Shown here one piece after another: positions 1-12,615 of a stretch of 64,000 nt of DNA (positions are counted from its first letter, which is position 1; each line of letters starts with the position of its first letter). The stretch lies in the NCBI GenBank assembly GCA_964016885.1, contig OZ024740.1:191022001-191086000 (forward strand). The letters are read 5' to 3'. The position numbers and the translations under genes were made by a program. Origin of the DNA: Eledone cirrhosa (lineage: Eukaryota). The notes under the pieces were generated by a model. That model ran no database searches. It had not been told where the DNA came from and was given only the letters and a program-made list of their open reading frames with translations.

Positions 1-3000
1 AATGCCTTTTGAAGCGTTCCAAAAGCGTGAAGGGGCCAATTTTTCTTTAACCATCCCTGGAAACTGTTTGTGATAGTCCCTAGTGCGCCTATGACAATCG
101 GGATCAATTGACTTCATGGCAGTTCCTAATCCTTTTTACCTCCCACTTTAAGTCCTGGTATCGGTTAATTTTCTCCCTCTCCTTTGCTTGCACTCTCGTG
201 TCGAATGGGCAGGCAACATTCACAATCAGGCACGATCTTTTTTCTTTGTCCACAACCAGCAGGTTGTGTTCCAGTTTCTTGTCCGCCTGTATCCTAAAAT
301 CCCACAGCACCTTCACCTGATAGTTTTCTATCACCGACTCTGGATTATGCTGATACCATTTCTCAGAATGTGGTAATTTGTTTACTTTGCATAGGTGCCT
401 GTGAATCACCCTACCCATCACATCATGTCTCCAGCCCTTATAGTGAGTCTGGGCTAGGTGTTTACACTCGGATACAATGTGAGCCACAGTCTCCTCTCTC
501 TCTCCACAGATCTTGAACAGTGGGCTAGCATCCTCCTTGTAAATATGGTGTTTCAACCACTTCGTTTTGAGGGCCTGCACCTGCGCAGCCATTAACATTA
601 CTTCTGTAGCCTTTTTAAGGTCTCCTCTTTTCAACCAGTTCCATGTCTGTGAATCTCTAAATTCAGTTTTCTCAAAGAAGGTACTATGAAGAGATTTTTC
701 CTGAAGGCTGCTCTTTCTCCTTGATGTTATTTCCTCCTTGGACATCCCCTGGCCTATTTTCCCCTCCTTCAGTACAGTTCTGAGCATTGGCTCCTTACTA
801 TCAGTCACGTATTTGTGTAGGGTGTTTTTCTCCATCTGAACACAGTCCTCTATGCTGATAAGACCTCTTCCACCTTCTGATCTCCTTAAGTAGAGTCTAT
901 CGACATCACTCCTCTTGTGGAACATGTTGTAGATAGTCAATAGCTTCCTAGTCTTCCTATCCATTTCTTTTTGTTCAGCAACATTCCATCTCAGAATTCC
1001 CGCACTGTACCTAATAATAGACACAGCTCGGGAATTGACTGCACTTATGGCATTCCTACTGTTCAGATGTGACTTTAATATCCTCCTTATTCTCCGAATG
1101 TATTCAGTTCTTATCAATTCCTTCATTTTTTTGTTCTTGATGTCATCAGCCTCCAGAACACCCAAATACTTGTATCCTTCTTCAGTGTCAATTTCCTTTA
1201 TCATCTCACCTGTTGGTACCTGGATTCCGTTACTTCTCCTCAACTTACCCCTCTTCATCACACTGACTCCACACTTACTAATACCAAATTGCATACATAT
1301 ATCATTGCTGAAAATACGGACAGTGCCAACAAACACATCCAACTCCTTCTCACTCTTCCCGAAGAGCTTAAGATCGTACATGAAGAGGAGGTGATTGATG
1401 GTAAGCCCTCCCTTTCCCAACCTGTATCCTGCTATCACTTTTCGCAGTACACTGGTCAGGGGCATCAGGGCAAGGACAAACAACAGAGGGGACAGACTAT
1501 CTCCCTGAAAGATACCTCTCTTGATCTTCACGCTTCCCAAGGAATCTCCAGTTGACGTTAACTCTGTTTCCCAGGACTTCATACTTTTGCCCAAAAACTG
1601 TCTGATGTTATCTGCCACTTTGAAGATCTCCAGGCTTTTGGTGATCCAAGAATGAGGCACCATGCCAAATGCCTTTTTGTAGTCTATCCATCCCTTGGCA
1701 AGACCAGTGTGTCTACTCTTGCAAATCCTCATTACCATCTTATCAATAAGTAACTGGTCCTTTGTACCACGTGACTTCTTTCGGCATCCTTTCTGTTCGT
1801 TCGGTAACATGTTGTTTGTGTGGAGGTGATTGTAGATTTCCTCAGACATAATGCTTGTCAACAGTTTCCACATGCGGACAGACATGTGATAGGTCTATAG
1901 TTGGTAACATCATTACCCTTGATTCGGTCTTTCATTATCAGAACTGTGGTACTTTTGTCAACGACTCTAGTACCTCACCTGACATGAAGCAGTCACTGAA
2001 CATGGTTGTCAGTTTCGGGTGGAGGGATGTTATATTTTTTATCCAATACCCCTGCAAACCAGGCCTGGTGATTTCCAGTTGGTTAGTTTTTTGGCCTGCC
2101 ACTTAAGAGTTTCAACTGTGATACTCAAATCAGTTTGTTGGTGTACCTGTTCACTAATCTCCTTCTGTACTGTCTCAATCCACACTGCCTGGTCATTATG
2201 TTTAATATCCTGCTCCCATATTCCTCTCCAGAATGTTTTAGTTTGTTCCGCCTCAGGGATCAAGTCGTTGCCTCTTTCTTTCCCTTCAAGCTGTCCTAAC
2301 AGCATCTTCTGTTTGTTGTCGAACATGCGGTTCTGTCTATACTGACTGACTCTGTTCTCGTATCGCCTGATTTTTGCGCTCTTTGCTACAATGTGTTGCA
2401 TCAGTTCCTCTATGATAATATTTAGCCTTTTCCTCCTAGTTTTGTACCTTATCTCCAGTCTATTTTGGGGTCTATGCTTTTTAGTGTCCCATTAAATAGA
2501 GACTCAAGCTTTCCAATGTCATTTCTCATTTCCCTGATTTGACCACTCAGTCGTTTCTTCCACCAAGGCTCTGCTCTTTCTTGTCTGTTGTTTCCTCTCG
2601 CTTTTATACCAAGTAGTTTCCTCACCGTATTTGCCTTGTCTTTGAGGATATTGTTGCACTGATGAAGGCTCCTCGCCTCAAGGTATGGGATGACTTTGTT
2701 TACCTTAGCTGTTGTTTCTTTTAACTTTTTCCTGTCTACAAATCTTAGATTCATATGTCTCCCACTATCATTGTTCAATTCATCTACCACTAAGTTTAGG
2801 ATATCAAACAAATCTTGTCCTAGCCCGTCAGAATTCATCTCCTCAGTGGCCGTATCTCTGTTCCAGGTATTATTTATCTCAGAATTCAGATCATTGTCTG
2901 CTTCGGGTGGTTCCTCCGTTCTCTCGACATCTTCACCTTCATTTCCCACTGGCACGTTTGCCTGGCACACTCCACTCTCCATCTCCAAGCTAATCTCTCT

Positions 3001-3884
3001 GCTCATTTGCTCCAGTTCCAGCTCGCTTATCCACCCATTAGTTCTTATTACCCAAGCCCTGCCCGGCCAATTTTTGTTCATCTAATTTAAATAGACCAAT
3101 CTCGTTCCAGATGTTATGCATCCGTTTCCTATAGCCTTTCTCCTTGGGGTTACTCTTCAGGTAACATTGCATAACAGTTCTATTCATTTCTTTCGTCCAG
3201 TTGGTTCTGGTCCCTTTCCTTCTTCTTCTTCCTCCCACACCAGCAGTATTTGGTTGACAGCCAGGTCCCTGCCAATTGGGTGAGAGTCTGTCACATGACG
3301 TTCTAGTCTCCATTTCACCGTTATTCGAACTCTTTAGGTTCGACATTTAAACACTCTTATCGAGGATTGGCGAATGTATGGTTACATAACCACCGGTGAA
3401 TTCATCCTCTCCGGTGGTTCCGTCGCTCCACGTGATTTTTGTGTGGCATTATCACGCTGTAGACGAACATAAATAAACAAACAAACATCAGCCCCCCCCC
3501 CCCCAAAAAAAAAATGAATAAGCATAAGTTTCATTGTAATGTAGTGTTTGAATGTCTGACTTAGTTTTTCCCTTCCCTTCTATGTCCGTCTGTTTGTTTT
3601 TCTCTTCATTCTTATTTTCTTTACGTTTTTCGTTGTTGCTGTGCTGCTTTGATTTTGATTATTGTTATTTTTATTTTGACCGGGTCATCAATTCAGTCTA
3701 TTTATATGTTGATGCATTCCTCTTTTAGTGGAGGTTCTACGATGTAGCAGGGGTTAGCGGGAGAGAATAGCGGCGGTAGTGATAATGACGCAGTGGTGGT
3801 GGTGGTGGTGGTGGTGGCGGTGCTGTGCTAGCAGCAACTAGCAGGAGGTAGTGGGAGAGAATAGCGGCGGTAGCGATAAATCAT
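1..3884 (-). mobile_element. R4/Dong-clade RLE non-LTR retrotransposon, family A, copy A1 (frameshifted; 3' end runs off window; 5'-truncated within UTR)
   Basis: ORF pieces 3038-3346, 2449-3081, 2039-2401 and 104-1885 are collinear with intact ORF 35123-38515: [16 protein letters not shown] (degenerate FMDD), [17 protein letters not shown]. Abuts an (AAT)n tract. Confidence 0.95.
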
Positions 3885-3892
3885 TATTATTA

Positions 3893-3929
<37 letters not shown>

Positions 3930-3932
<3 letters not shown>

Positions 3933-6345
3933 AGTTGCATTTATCTTGCTTTATGTTCATACAAGTTATCACCAAGTCACAACCAGTGACATCAAGATAC
4001 AACAAGGTCCGCCATGTTCAAGAAAGAACATACATACTCACACATGCATCTTTAGTGTTTAGACTTGTGATGTACTTATATTGACAGAATCTTCCTTAGT
4101 ATATGGGCAGTTCCCATTAGTATTATCATTTGTATTTCTCCTATACGCGGGTTTCCTGGGATTTGCGATAAGTAATCATTAGACCTCTTAGGTATCATTC
4201 CCAGAGCGCCTACAACCACTGGTATTGTTTTAGTTCTCAATTTCCACATTTTTCCAATTTCTATCTCCAGGTCCTTATACTTGCTCAATTTTTCAGGAAC
4301 AGACATATCAATTAGCAGGCATACCCTCTATTTAAAGTCCTTCAATATTATATCAGGTCTATTTGCATCTATTTTTCGGTCTGTTTGTAAGCTAAAGTTC
4401 CACAAGATTGAGATGTGATATTTTTCAAGTATGGGAGGTGGTTGATGCACCCACCAATTCTTTTGATGGGGCAGGTCAAAATGCTTACACATTATCCAAT
4501 GTATGTATTGTGCAGCTCTGTCATGCCTGTTTAGGTATTCGGTTGGAGCTATAGGATGCACATTGAAATTATATGGTCAATGTTCTCTGGTTGTTTTTTG
4601 CATACACGGCATAATGGGCTGCATCCATTATTTATTATGTTGGCTTGGTAATTTTTTATTGGCAGACACTGATCTTGTGCTGATATAATCAGTCCTTCAA
4701 GTCTCCGATTTCAGTCCAGAGGATGCCAACCACTGATGGGTTAAATTTTTGTCAACATCAGGATTGTTAGCTCGCTCTGGGTATTTTCCATACAGAGGCT
4801 TTTCTTGCCATTTCTTAGCCAGTTTCTGTAGCAGTTCTTTCTTTGCAGTTACTTTTACCTACTTTGCTTTTTCTGTGTTTTCCATTTCAGCAGTAAATGG
4901 GACTTCTGAAATTTAAAGTCCATTACTGTATCTTTGTGCATCTTTTGTAATGGAATATGATCTTTTAATGCTTTCGTGTTTCAAAACGAGTTTGATCATC
5001 CAATCATGTGATTCCCTTAGATATGTAGATAATGCAATTGTTGCAGTTTTCAACGCAATGTCTAACTGGATTAACCCACGTCCTCTTTCTTTCCTAGGGA
5101 GATATATTTTATCTATATCTGACTTAGGGTGATGCATTCTGTGCATGGTTAAGAATTTTCGAATTTTTGTATCGAGCCTACGGATCTCTGTGCTTGACCA
5201 GTTGATGACATTGTAACTGTAGGTTACTACTGGTATGGCAAGCGTGTTTATGGCATCGATCCTATTCCTTGCATTCAATTCCGATCTTAAGATTGCTCTT
5301 ACTCTGCGGTAACATTCCTTCCTTATCCTTTCCCTCATTGTCGAGTGCTTGATTCCGTCGCCTTCACAAACACCTAGATATTTGTAAGTTTTTTCTTGAT
5401 CAAGTTCTCTTATCACGTTCCCCCGATCAAGATTAATGTCTGAACTCTTCAGCAGCTTTCCTCTGGTGAACGTTGCTTTGGCGCATTTATCTAGTCCGAA
5501 CTCCATTTTAATGTCATCACTGAACTGTCCACAGTGGATAATAGCCCTTGCAATTGTTCATCATTTTTTCAAATAGTTTCAGGTCATCCATGTAGAACAA
5601 GTGATTAATGGTTTTGTCATAGACTTGATATCCATGTTTTGTTTCATTGAGCATTTTACTTAATGGTATAAGTGCGATGCAGAATAAAAGCGGTGATAAA
5701 GAGTCACTCTGAAAAATTCCACAATTAATATTAACTTCTCCAGCTTCCAGTGATTTTGTTTCACTATTCAAAAGGAGTGTCGTTTTCCATGTCTTCATAC
5801 TGAATGACAATAACCTCCTGACAACGGGGGATATTTTGAAAATCTCTGAACATTTTTCCATCCAACTGTGTGGCAAACTATCGAATGCTTTTTTATAATC
5901 TATCCAAGCAATCGATAGATTTTTGGGTCTATTATGACAATCGTCCAGTATCATTTTGTTAACCACAAGCTGATCCTTACATCCATTTGAGCCTCGTTTA
6001 CACCCTTTCTGCTCAATGGGAAATAGGTCATTTGTTATCAGGTGGTCATATGTGTATTCAGTTAGGACTGATGTTAAAATTTTATACATTGTTGTCAAGC
6101 AAGCTATCGGTCTGTAATTTTGGGGATTGTTTGTCTCATCATTCTTCTGAAGCAGGAATGTAATGCCGTTAACTAGCCATGATGGTATCTTTTCTGGCTC
6201 CTTAACTATTTCATTGTAAAGTTGGGCTAACAGCTTATGAGACTCTGTGAAGGCATTTATCCAAACATTTTGTATTTTGTCTTTTCCTGGGGATTTCCAT
6301 TTGCTGGTTTTTCTTAGAGCCAAGCGCAACTGTTCAAGTGTTATT
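3930..6345 (-). mobile_element. R4/Dong-clade element, family B, copy B1 (5'-truncated, disrupted)
   Basis: ORFs 5517-6329 (KSPGKD, YRPIACL, DYKKAFDS, YMDDLKLF), 4913-5506, 4328-4561 (RHD, NRPDIIL) and 4076-4306 (KYKDL..VVGALG). (AAT)n tail at ~3884-3929 on the element strand. Confidence 0.93.
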
Positions 6346-6357
6346 ATTATTATTATT

Positions 6358-6538
6358 GGTGGATTGGCAGTATCGGTAGAGGGTCGGACGCCATGCTTTC
6401 CAGCATAGTTACGTCCATTTATGATCTGAGTTCAAATCCCGCCGAGGTTGACTTTGCCTTTCATCCTTACGGGGTCGATAAAATAAAGTACCAGTAATGC
6501 ACTGGATAATTGCTGGCCTTGTGCCTAAAGTAGAAACA

Positions 6539-6571
<33 letters not shown>
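6358..6571 (+). mobile_element. tRNA-derived SINE with (TTA)n tail
   Basis: A-box-like TGGCAGTATCGG, B-box-like GAGTTCAAATCCC, core GACTTTGCCTTTCATCCTTACGGGGTCGATAAAATAAAGTACC (recalled as Meta-domain/cephalopod SINE-like). Homologous copies at 13458, 43459 and 44618. Confidence 0.85.
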
Positions 6572-6786
6572 GAATGCCATGGTTGACGGAGGCTCGGCTC
6601 TGTAAGTTATAGTAATTTTTAACCGTTAAAACAATTGTAAATTGTTTAAAACTTGAACCAAATTGTTGATAAAGACAACCTCCTCCTCGTGAGAGGGGTC
6701 TTTCTGTCCGTTATTTGGCCCTTCGGGGTTAAATAACCAGTTATTGGGGTTTTGTACCCAATATTCATTTTAAACAAAAAAACAAC

Positions 6787-8837
6787 ATGGCTACGAAAAA
6801 GGAATTTCATACGTCACTCCCACTCATTACGTCTTCTTCTTCCTCAATCATCACTACAGCAGAGAGAAGATTGTCTCTCTCCCTCCCTTCTTTAAATGTG
6901 TCTCTCTCCCTCCCTTCTCTTTCGCAAGTGACGATAAAAAAGAAAAGTCTCGTGCAAAGCGTGCAAGGTTTCTCCACGACGACGACGACAGCGACGAAAC
7001 AGGTGTGCGGGAAATACGAAAACCCAGTTCATTCGTCTGACGTCAGGAATAATAGCAGTAGCAGCCGTAATAACAACAGCAACAGTGACAATGAAAACAA
7101 CAGTAGCAGCCGCAACAGCATCACTAGCAGCATAAACAACAACAGCATTAGCAGCAGCAACACCAACAACAACCACAGCAACAGCGGCGGAGGCAGTAGT
7201 CGTAGTGCCTGCAGCAACAACACAAGTACCAGCAGCTCTGACAACAACAACAACAGCAGAGAAAAAACAATCTCATTTGCAGGTATTGCGAAAAACTTGG
7301 AAACAATCCTCATAACAAATGAGGAATTAGAGGAAGCGAAGAAGATGGTGACAAAGAACGGACACCGAGCAATCTGCAAGGCAGCGGAAACATTTTTCGA
7401 AACCCAAGAGCACTGTACCGTCACGTACCGTACAGTAAGTACAAAATCCCGTAGGGTGGAAAGAGCCACAGAGGCCCAAATACAAAAAGCCTTGGGGTCT
7501 GTGTGGCAGCGGAAAACGCACATCACCCGAGGCAAAAAATATGCCACCGTAGACGTACTTTTTGCCACACCCCAGGAGGCAAAGGCCCAATCAGTAGTGA
7601 CCCTAAGGAGCGAGAAAATGGTGTTGGTGCCCTCCTACTGCGGGCAAAAAATTGTGAGGTTCAAACTGACCCACGTCCCCCCCGGAATGACCCCTTCTTG
7701 GCTGGCCGCGTCTGTCCTCGTCGGAATCGAGGACAAAACAACTGTACTGCAAGTACAGTAAGAGAAGATTGGGTCGGCTCCTCGATTGAGATGCTAATCC
7801 AAACCAACCAGGAGTGCATCGAAGCTATCCCGGATGTGATAGACTTCGATAACGGCACTCAACTGCCCATAAGTGTTGAGGGCAAACGCCCGAAATGCTT
7901 TCGCTGTGGATCGAAGACTCACCTCAGGGCCTTCTGCAACGAGAAGACCCTGAGAAAGGAGAAAACCCCCCTCCTTCCGAATCCGGCTCCACGGCTACCA
8001 GCAACAGGACAAGCGGCAACCAGGAACGATAGGTCCGTGGCACCCATACCCACTCCACGGAAATCAAAAACAGCAGTAGCAGTGGAAATATTAACAACAA
8101 CAACAGCAATACCAAATGCAGCTGCAACAGAGACTCCAGTGCAAACATCACCAACAACAACAAGTGAAAGAGTGGAGCTGGTACCCCTCCCCGACCTCAC
8201 AGAATCAGACATGGAGTGTGAGGTGGGAGAGAGATGGCAAAAGGTCGTAGAAAGGCACAAACGCAGAAGCAGCGCATCGTCGCCTTTGAAAAGGGAGGAA
8301 AGAAATGAGAAAAGGGTAAAGTCTACTGCAAAGAGACCCACAGCAGCAACACCACCAACACCATCACCACCCACACTAGCACCACCATCACCACCGGCGA
8401 CAACCCCACCGCCAACACCTTCAACACCACCACCACAAGCACCAACATCGCAAACACAACAACAAAACACACACACCCAGCAACAACGACAAGAAAATAG
8501 CAGAAACACACCCCACCCCTAGAAAAACAAATGCACGGCAATAAATACACACAAGAAACTAATGACTTACATAATTGAACACACAGACATTTCACAACAC
8601 GACTACATAATACCAGCACCAATCAAAACGCCAACTAACATAAGACTGCTAAAAATAGCACAGCAACAATACACAAACATTAAAACGAAATTCCCCAACG
8701 CAGTTGGTGATTTCAGGGACCCAGGAGGAACTATCAATCGAAGAGTATATTCAGACATTCTCTTAGAAGAGCCGACGACCAGCCGAAGGACAATTCAAAG
8801 GTCCCTTCACCAGACGATCAAGTGGAAAGGGATGTAA
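6787..8837 (+). pseudogene. Tx1 ORF1 (gag-like, CCHC knuckle), frameshift near 7760 and stop at 8520-8522
   Basis: ORFs 6787-7761, 7503-8522 and 8562-8837; zinc knuckle CFRCGSKTHLRAFC; Ser/Asn and Pro/Thr low-complexity blocks; homologous to 28014-29513(-). Confidence 0.85.
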
Positions 8838-8904
8838 AAACCATCCCTCATCTACGAAAAGTACGGTAAGTGGTCTTTCCCATCTTATCCACTCTATTTT
8901 AAAC

Positions 8905-11900
8905 ATGACCTCACTCAGAATAGGCAGCATAAATGCGCGTGGCTTGGGGTCGTCATGGAAGCAGGGTCACCTGCTCAACGACCTCAGGTCACTAAACATA
9001 GATGTAGTGGCCATCAGCGAGACCAGAATCTCTGAAGCACGGGCCTTCGCACCGATCTTCGGCAGCTACGATGTGTACGCATCTCCCAGCCGTCCTGGAT
9101 CGAGGGGAGGAGTTGATGTGCTTTTTCGGAGAGGTTTGGATCTCGCCATACGGGCCATCTTCCTGGACCCAGAGGGTAAGCTGGTGGTGCTGGACGTGAC
9201 CAGCGGAGACGGGCAAGCTTTCAGGCTAGTGGCCGTCTATGCCCCGACAGGAGCAGGGCGGCCTGATTTCTTCCGGCGTCTGGAGACCTTTCTTGGAACG
9301 TCCCGCTCTTTAGTGTTAGTGGGCGACTGGAACGGGATCTTAGATGCATGCTGGGACTGTGTGGGATTAGCGGATAGTGGTGGAGGGTGCAAGAGCCTCA
9401 CCAACCTGCTCAGGCGTTTTGAACTGTCTGACAGGTACCGATTGGATTTCCCGAATGCGCCAATGTGGACTTGGACAAATCGCATAGGGTCATCCAGATC
9501 ATATCTAGATAGAGTATTTTGGAGGGAAATAGATAGGTCTAGCATAGGCTGTCCACAATTCAAGATAGTCAGCTACACGGACCACAAATTCGTGATCTGT
9601 GTGCTTGACTTAGATAGGCACAATAGACAAGGACCAGGCTACTGGAAGCTAAATGCGTCCTTACCAGCGCGCAAGGCCTACAGAGACCGGATTAGCGAAC
9701 TAGTTAAGCGGGCGTTGACGGGGGCCATCGTCAACAACAAGTGGTGGTTTGCTCTGAAAAGAGCGATTAGAATAGAATCGATTAGGTTTAGTAAGGCTTT
9801 AGCAATAGAGAAAAATAGAGCAGAGGGAGAACTAGTTAGAAAATTAGACGAGGCGCTTAGCAAAGGCATTGCGACCGACGTGCTTGCGGCGAAATTGGCC
9901 CTTGACCAATTCTTCAATGCAAAGCACGAAGGCTGCGTTGTCAGAGCTAGGGTGCGTGCTCTCAGACACGAGGGGACGAAAGCCGTTCAATGGGCCCGAG
10001 TGGCGGAGGCGCGTCGTGGCAACAAACCACGATCCGGTCTTTGGTGGACCACGACGGGCGCATGCTACTCGATCCCGGGCAAATGTGTGAAGCTTTTCAG
10101 CGACACTTCGCTCAGCTGTTCGGGGGCAGCGGGGGGCCGGGTAGAGGGATGGTCTTTAGTGTCTACCTCGACGGACTGCCGCGGCCCTCGGCCACTGAGG
10201 CGATAACAGCCGCTGAAGTAAGGGAGGCAATGACTGGCTGCACAAGGGGTAAATCACCTGGTTTGGATGGTCTGCCCTATGAACTTTACGTACAGATGCC
10301 AGACTTGTTCGGAGGCCTCTTGGCGGACGTCTACTGCAACTGGCAACAGAACGGGAGAACTCCCAGTTCTGTGAGCCGAGGAGCGGTGGCACTGCTGAGA
10401 AAGGATCCGAACAAGGGGGATAACATAGAAAATTTCCGGCCCATAACTCTGCTAAACACAGAGTCTAAGATTTTGGCCAAGGTGCTAGCAAAGAGGTTGG
10501 CGCTTGTCGTTGGTGGTCTGGTGGGAGAGGCGCAGACATGCGCCATTCCCGACAGATCCATCCGCGACAACCTCCACCTCATGCGATACATCGTAGAGAG
10601 GGTAGCTAGGGAACCTGGCACGGGTGGGTCCTTGATCAGTTTAGATCAGTCGAAAGCTTTGGATAGGGTCGACCATCGTTACCTAGCGGCAGTCCTGAGG
10701 GCGGCTGGCTTTGGGCCCGTCTTCAGAGGCTGGATCGCTGCCATGCACAGCGACATCTGCTCTGTGGTGAGAGTGAACGGTCACCTGTCGGAACCGTTCA
10801 ACATCATGCGCTCGGTCCGCCAAGGATGTCCCCTCTCGTCCCCCTTGTACGTATTGACTCTCGAGCCATTACTGCACAAACTGGAGACGTTGAGGGGAGT
10901 CCCGCGCGAACTAGGATGCGGAAGATCCGTGACAGCATATGCGGACGATGTAACCGTAGTGGTGTCGAACGCCAAACACATCGAGGCGATCGGCACTACA
11001 CTAAGAGAATACGAAGCGGTGACAGGAGCAATGATCAACCAGGAAAAGTCAGTGGGCCTGCAGCTCGGCACCTGGAGAGGCAGGTCCATGCCGTCCCACA
11101 GCGTCGTCGGGCGCTGGACGGACGGACCGGTTAAATTGCTAGGGGTCTGGTTCGGACCGGACCTCCAGACGGACAAAAACTGGGACGAGGTGACGAGCAG
11201 GGTGGCTTCTCTCACCCAGAAATGGGCGGAGAGGAAGCTATCCCTGAAAGGTCGAGCGGAGGTGGCTAACGCGTACATCGCGTCTGTCATCTGCTACCGC
11301 CTAACCGTCGTACCTTGTCCTAAGCCTCGCCTGACTGCGCTGGAGCGTTTGCTCTTTCGCTTTTTGTGGATGGGACGTGCTCCGATGGTCAGGCGGTCCA
11401 TCTGTTGTCAACACCCGCTACGTGGAGGGCTGGGCATGCCGTGGCTGATAATGCGCAGGCACGCGCTCAGGCTACGACATCTCCACCTCTTCCTCGACGG
11501 TGATCAGGTGTGGTCGCTGTTTGCTAGACGCGTTTTTCCCCAGCTCGTTTCCTTGACGGAGCTGCAGTCCTGGGTCAAGCGAAGACCGAGAGGGAGCGCC
11601 TGGAGACTGGAATGTCTTCAGGCGCTCACAGCCCTCGACCAATCGGGCAATGTGATCGGTGGAAACTCCACCTCGGCGTTCTATAGAGGATTAGTGGAGG
11701 GTAAGAGCGACGACGTACTTGGGGAAACTCTAGGCGTCGACGAAAATCAACTAGCCAATCTCTTCGGAAGAACTTTCGGGCCGGGGCCTATGGACAACTT
11801 CCAGAAATCTCTGGCCTGGCAGTGCTACCGAGGAGCCTTGCCAGTTCGGGATAAACTCTACAGGCATGGAGGTGCCGTCAGCCGGGCATGTCCGAGATGC

Positions 11901-12305
11901 GCGCAGGGCGACGAAACCGTCCTGCACGCACTCGTCCAGTGTCCGAAAATTGCTGACTTGTGGGTTTATGTCGAACACCTGCTGTCGCGTTTAGGGCAGA
12001 TCCAGCTATCATCTGAGTCCATCGTGAGGATTGCCCCGCCCTCCTCCTTTAGCCGGGAAGGGCAGGCAGTTTTTATCTGTCTGGTGGCCATGGCGAAAGA
12101 GATAGTATGGTGGACACGTTTGAAAGGGCTGAAGACGAGCACTTACCTCTTCGGTGATGCTCTGATTGACTTTTTCAAATTTCATTTGAAAAGGAAAATC
12201 AGAGTAGAGAGGGAAGTGCTCTCTTCCCAGCATTTTGTTGAAAGATGGGTGAGAGAAGCAAGAATGGCCCGAGTGAATGGGCCTACTCTGAGTATATATC
12301 TGTAA
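8905..12305 (+). pseudogene. Tx1 ORF2: APE endonuclease + reverse transcriptase + C-terminal zinc finger; single frameshift near 10025
   Basis: SINARGL, ISET, VYAP, GDWN, YLDR, TDH (APE); KSPGLDG, FRPITLLN, VRQGCPLS, YADD (RT); CPRC..ETVLHALVQCP. Confidence 0.93.
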
Positions 12306-12579
12306 ATTAAAGGTGGAAAACTGGGAGAGGGCACTTGCCTTGGTGGTCAGGGTCATTGTGGCTTTTTACTGGGCTTTCTCAACAAATGTCCCTCCGAAGT
12401 CTCCCCCCTATTGGGGAATTTTTCATTGTTATTTTTTTGTTACATCCTCTGTTTTTGTTTTTTACACGCAGAAATGCCGATTTGTACCGTCCTGCATTGT
12501 CCTGCACTGTCCTTAATGTCTACTTTATGTAAACCCTTGTGGTTAATAAAGAAAACATTATTATTATTATTACTATTAA

Positions 12580-12615
<36 letters not shown>

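Larger units (their letters stand above)
6572..12556 (+). mobile_element. Apparently full-length Tx1/L1-clade non-LTR retrotransposon inserted in (ATT)n
   Basis: Two-ORF layout; (TTA)n on both flanks; 3' end AATAAAGAAAAC followed by (ATT)n. Confidence 0.93.

Noticed and set aside
6358-6445. tRNA gene
   Set aside because: A and B boxes belong to a multi-copy SINE head; no full cloverleaf.
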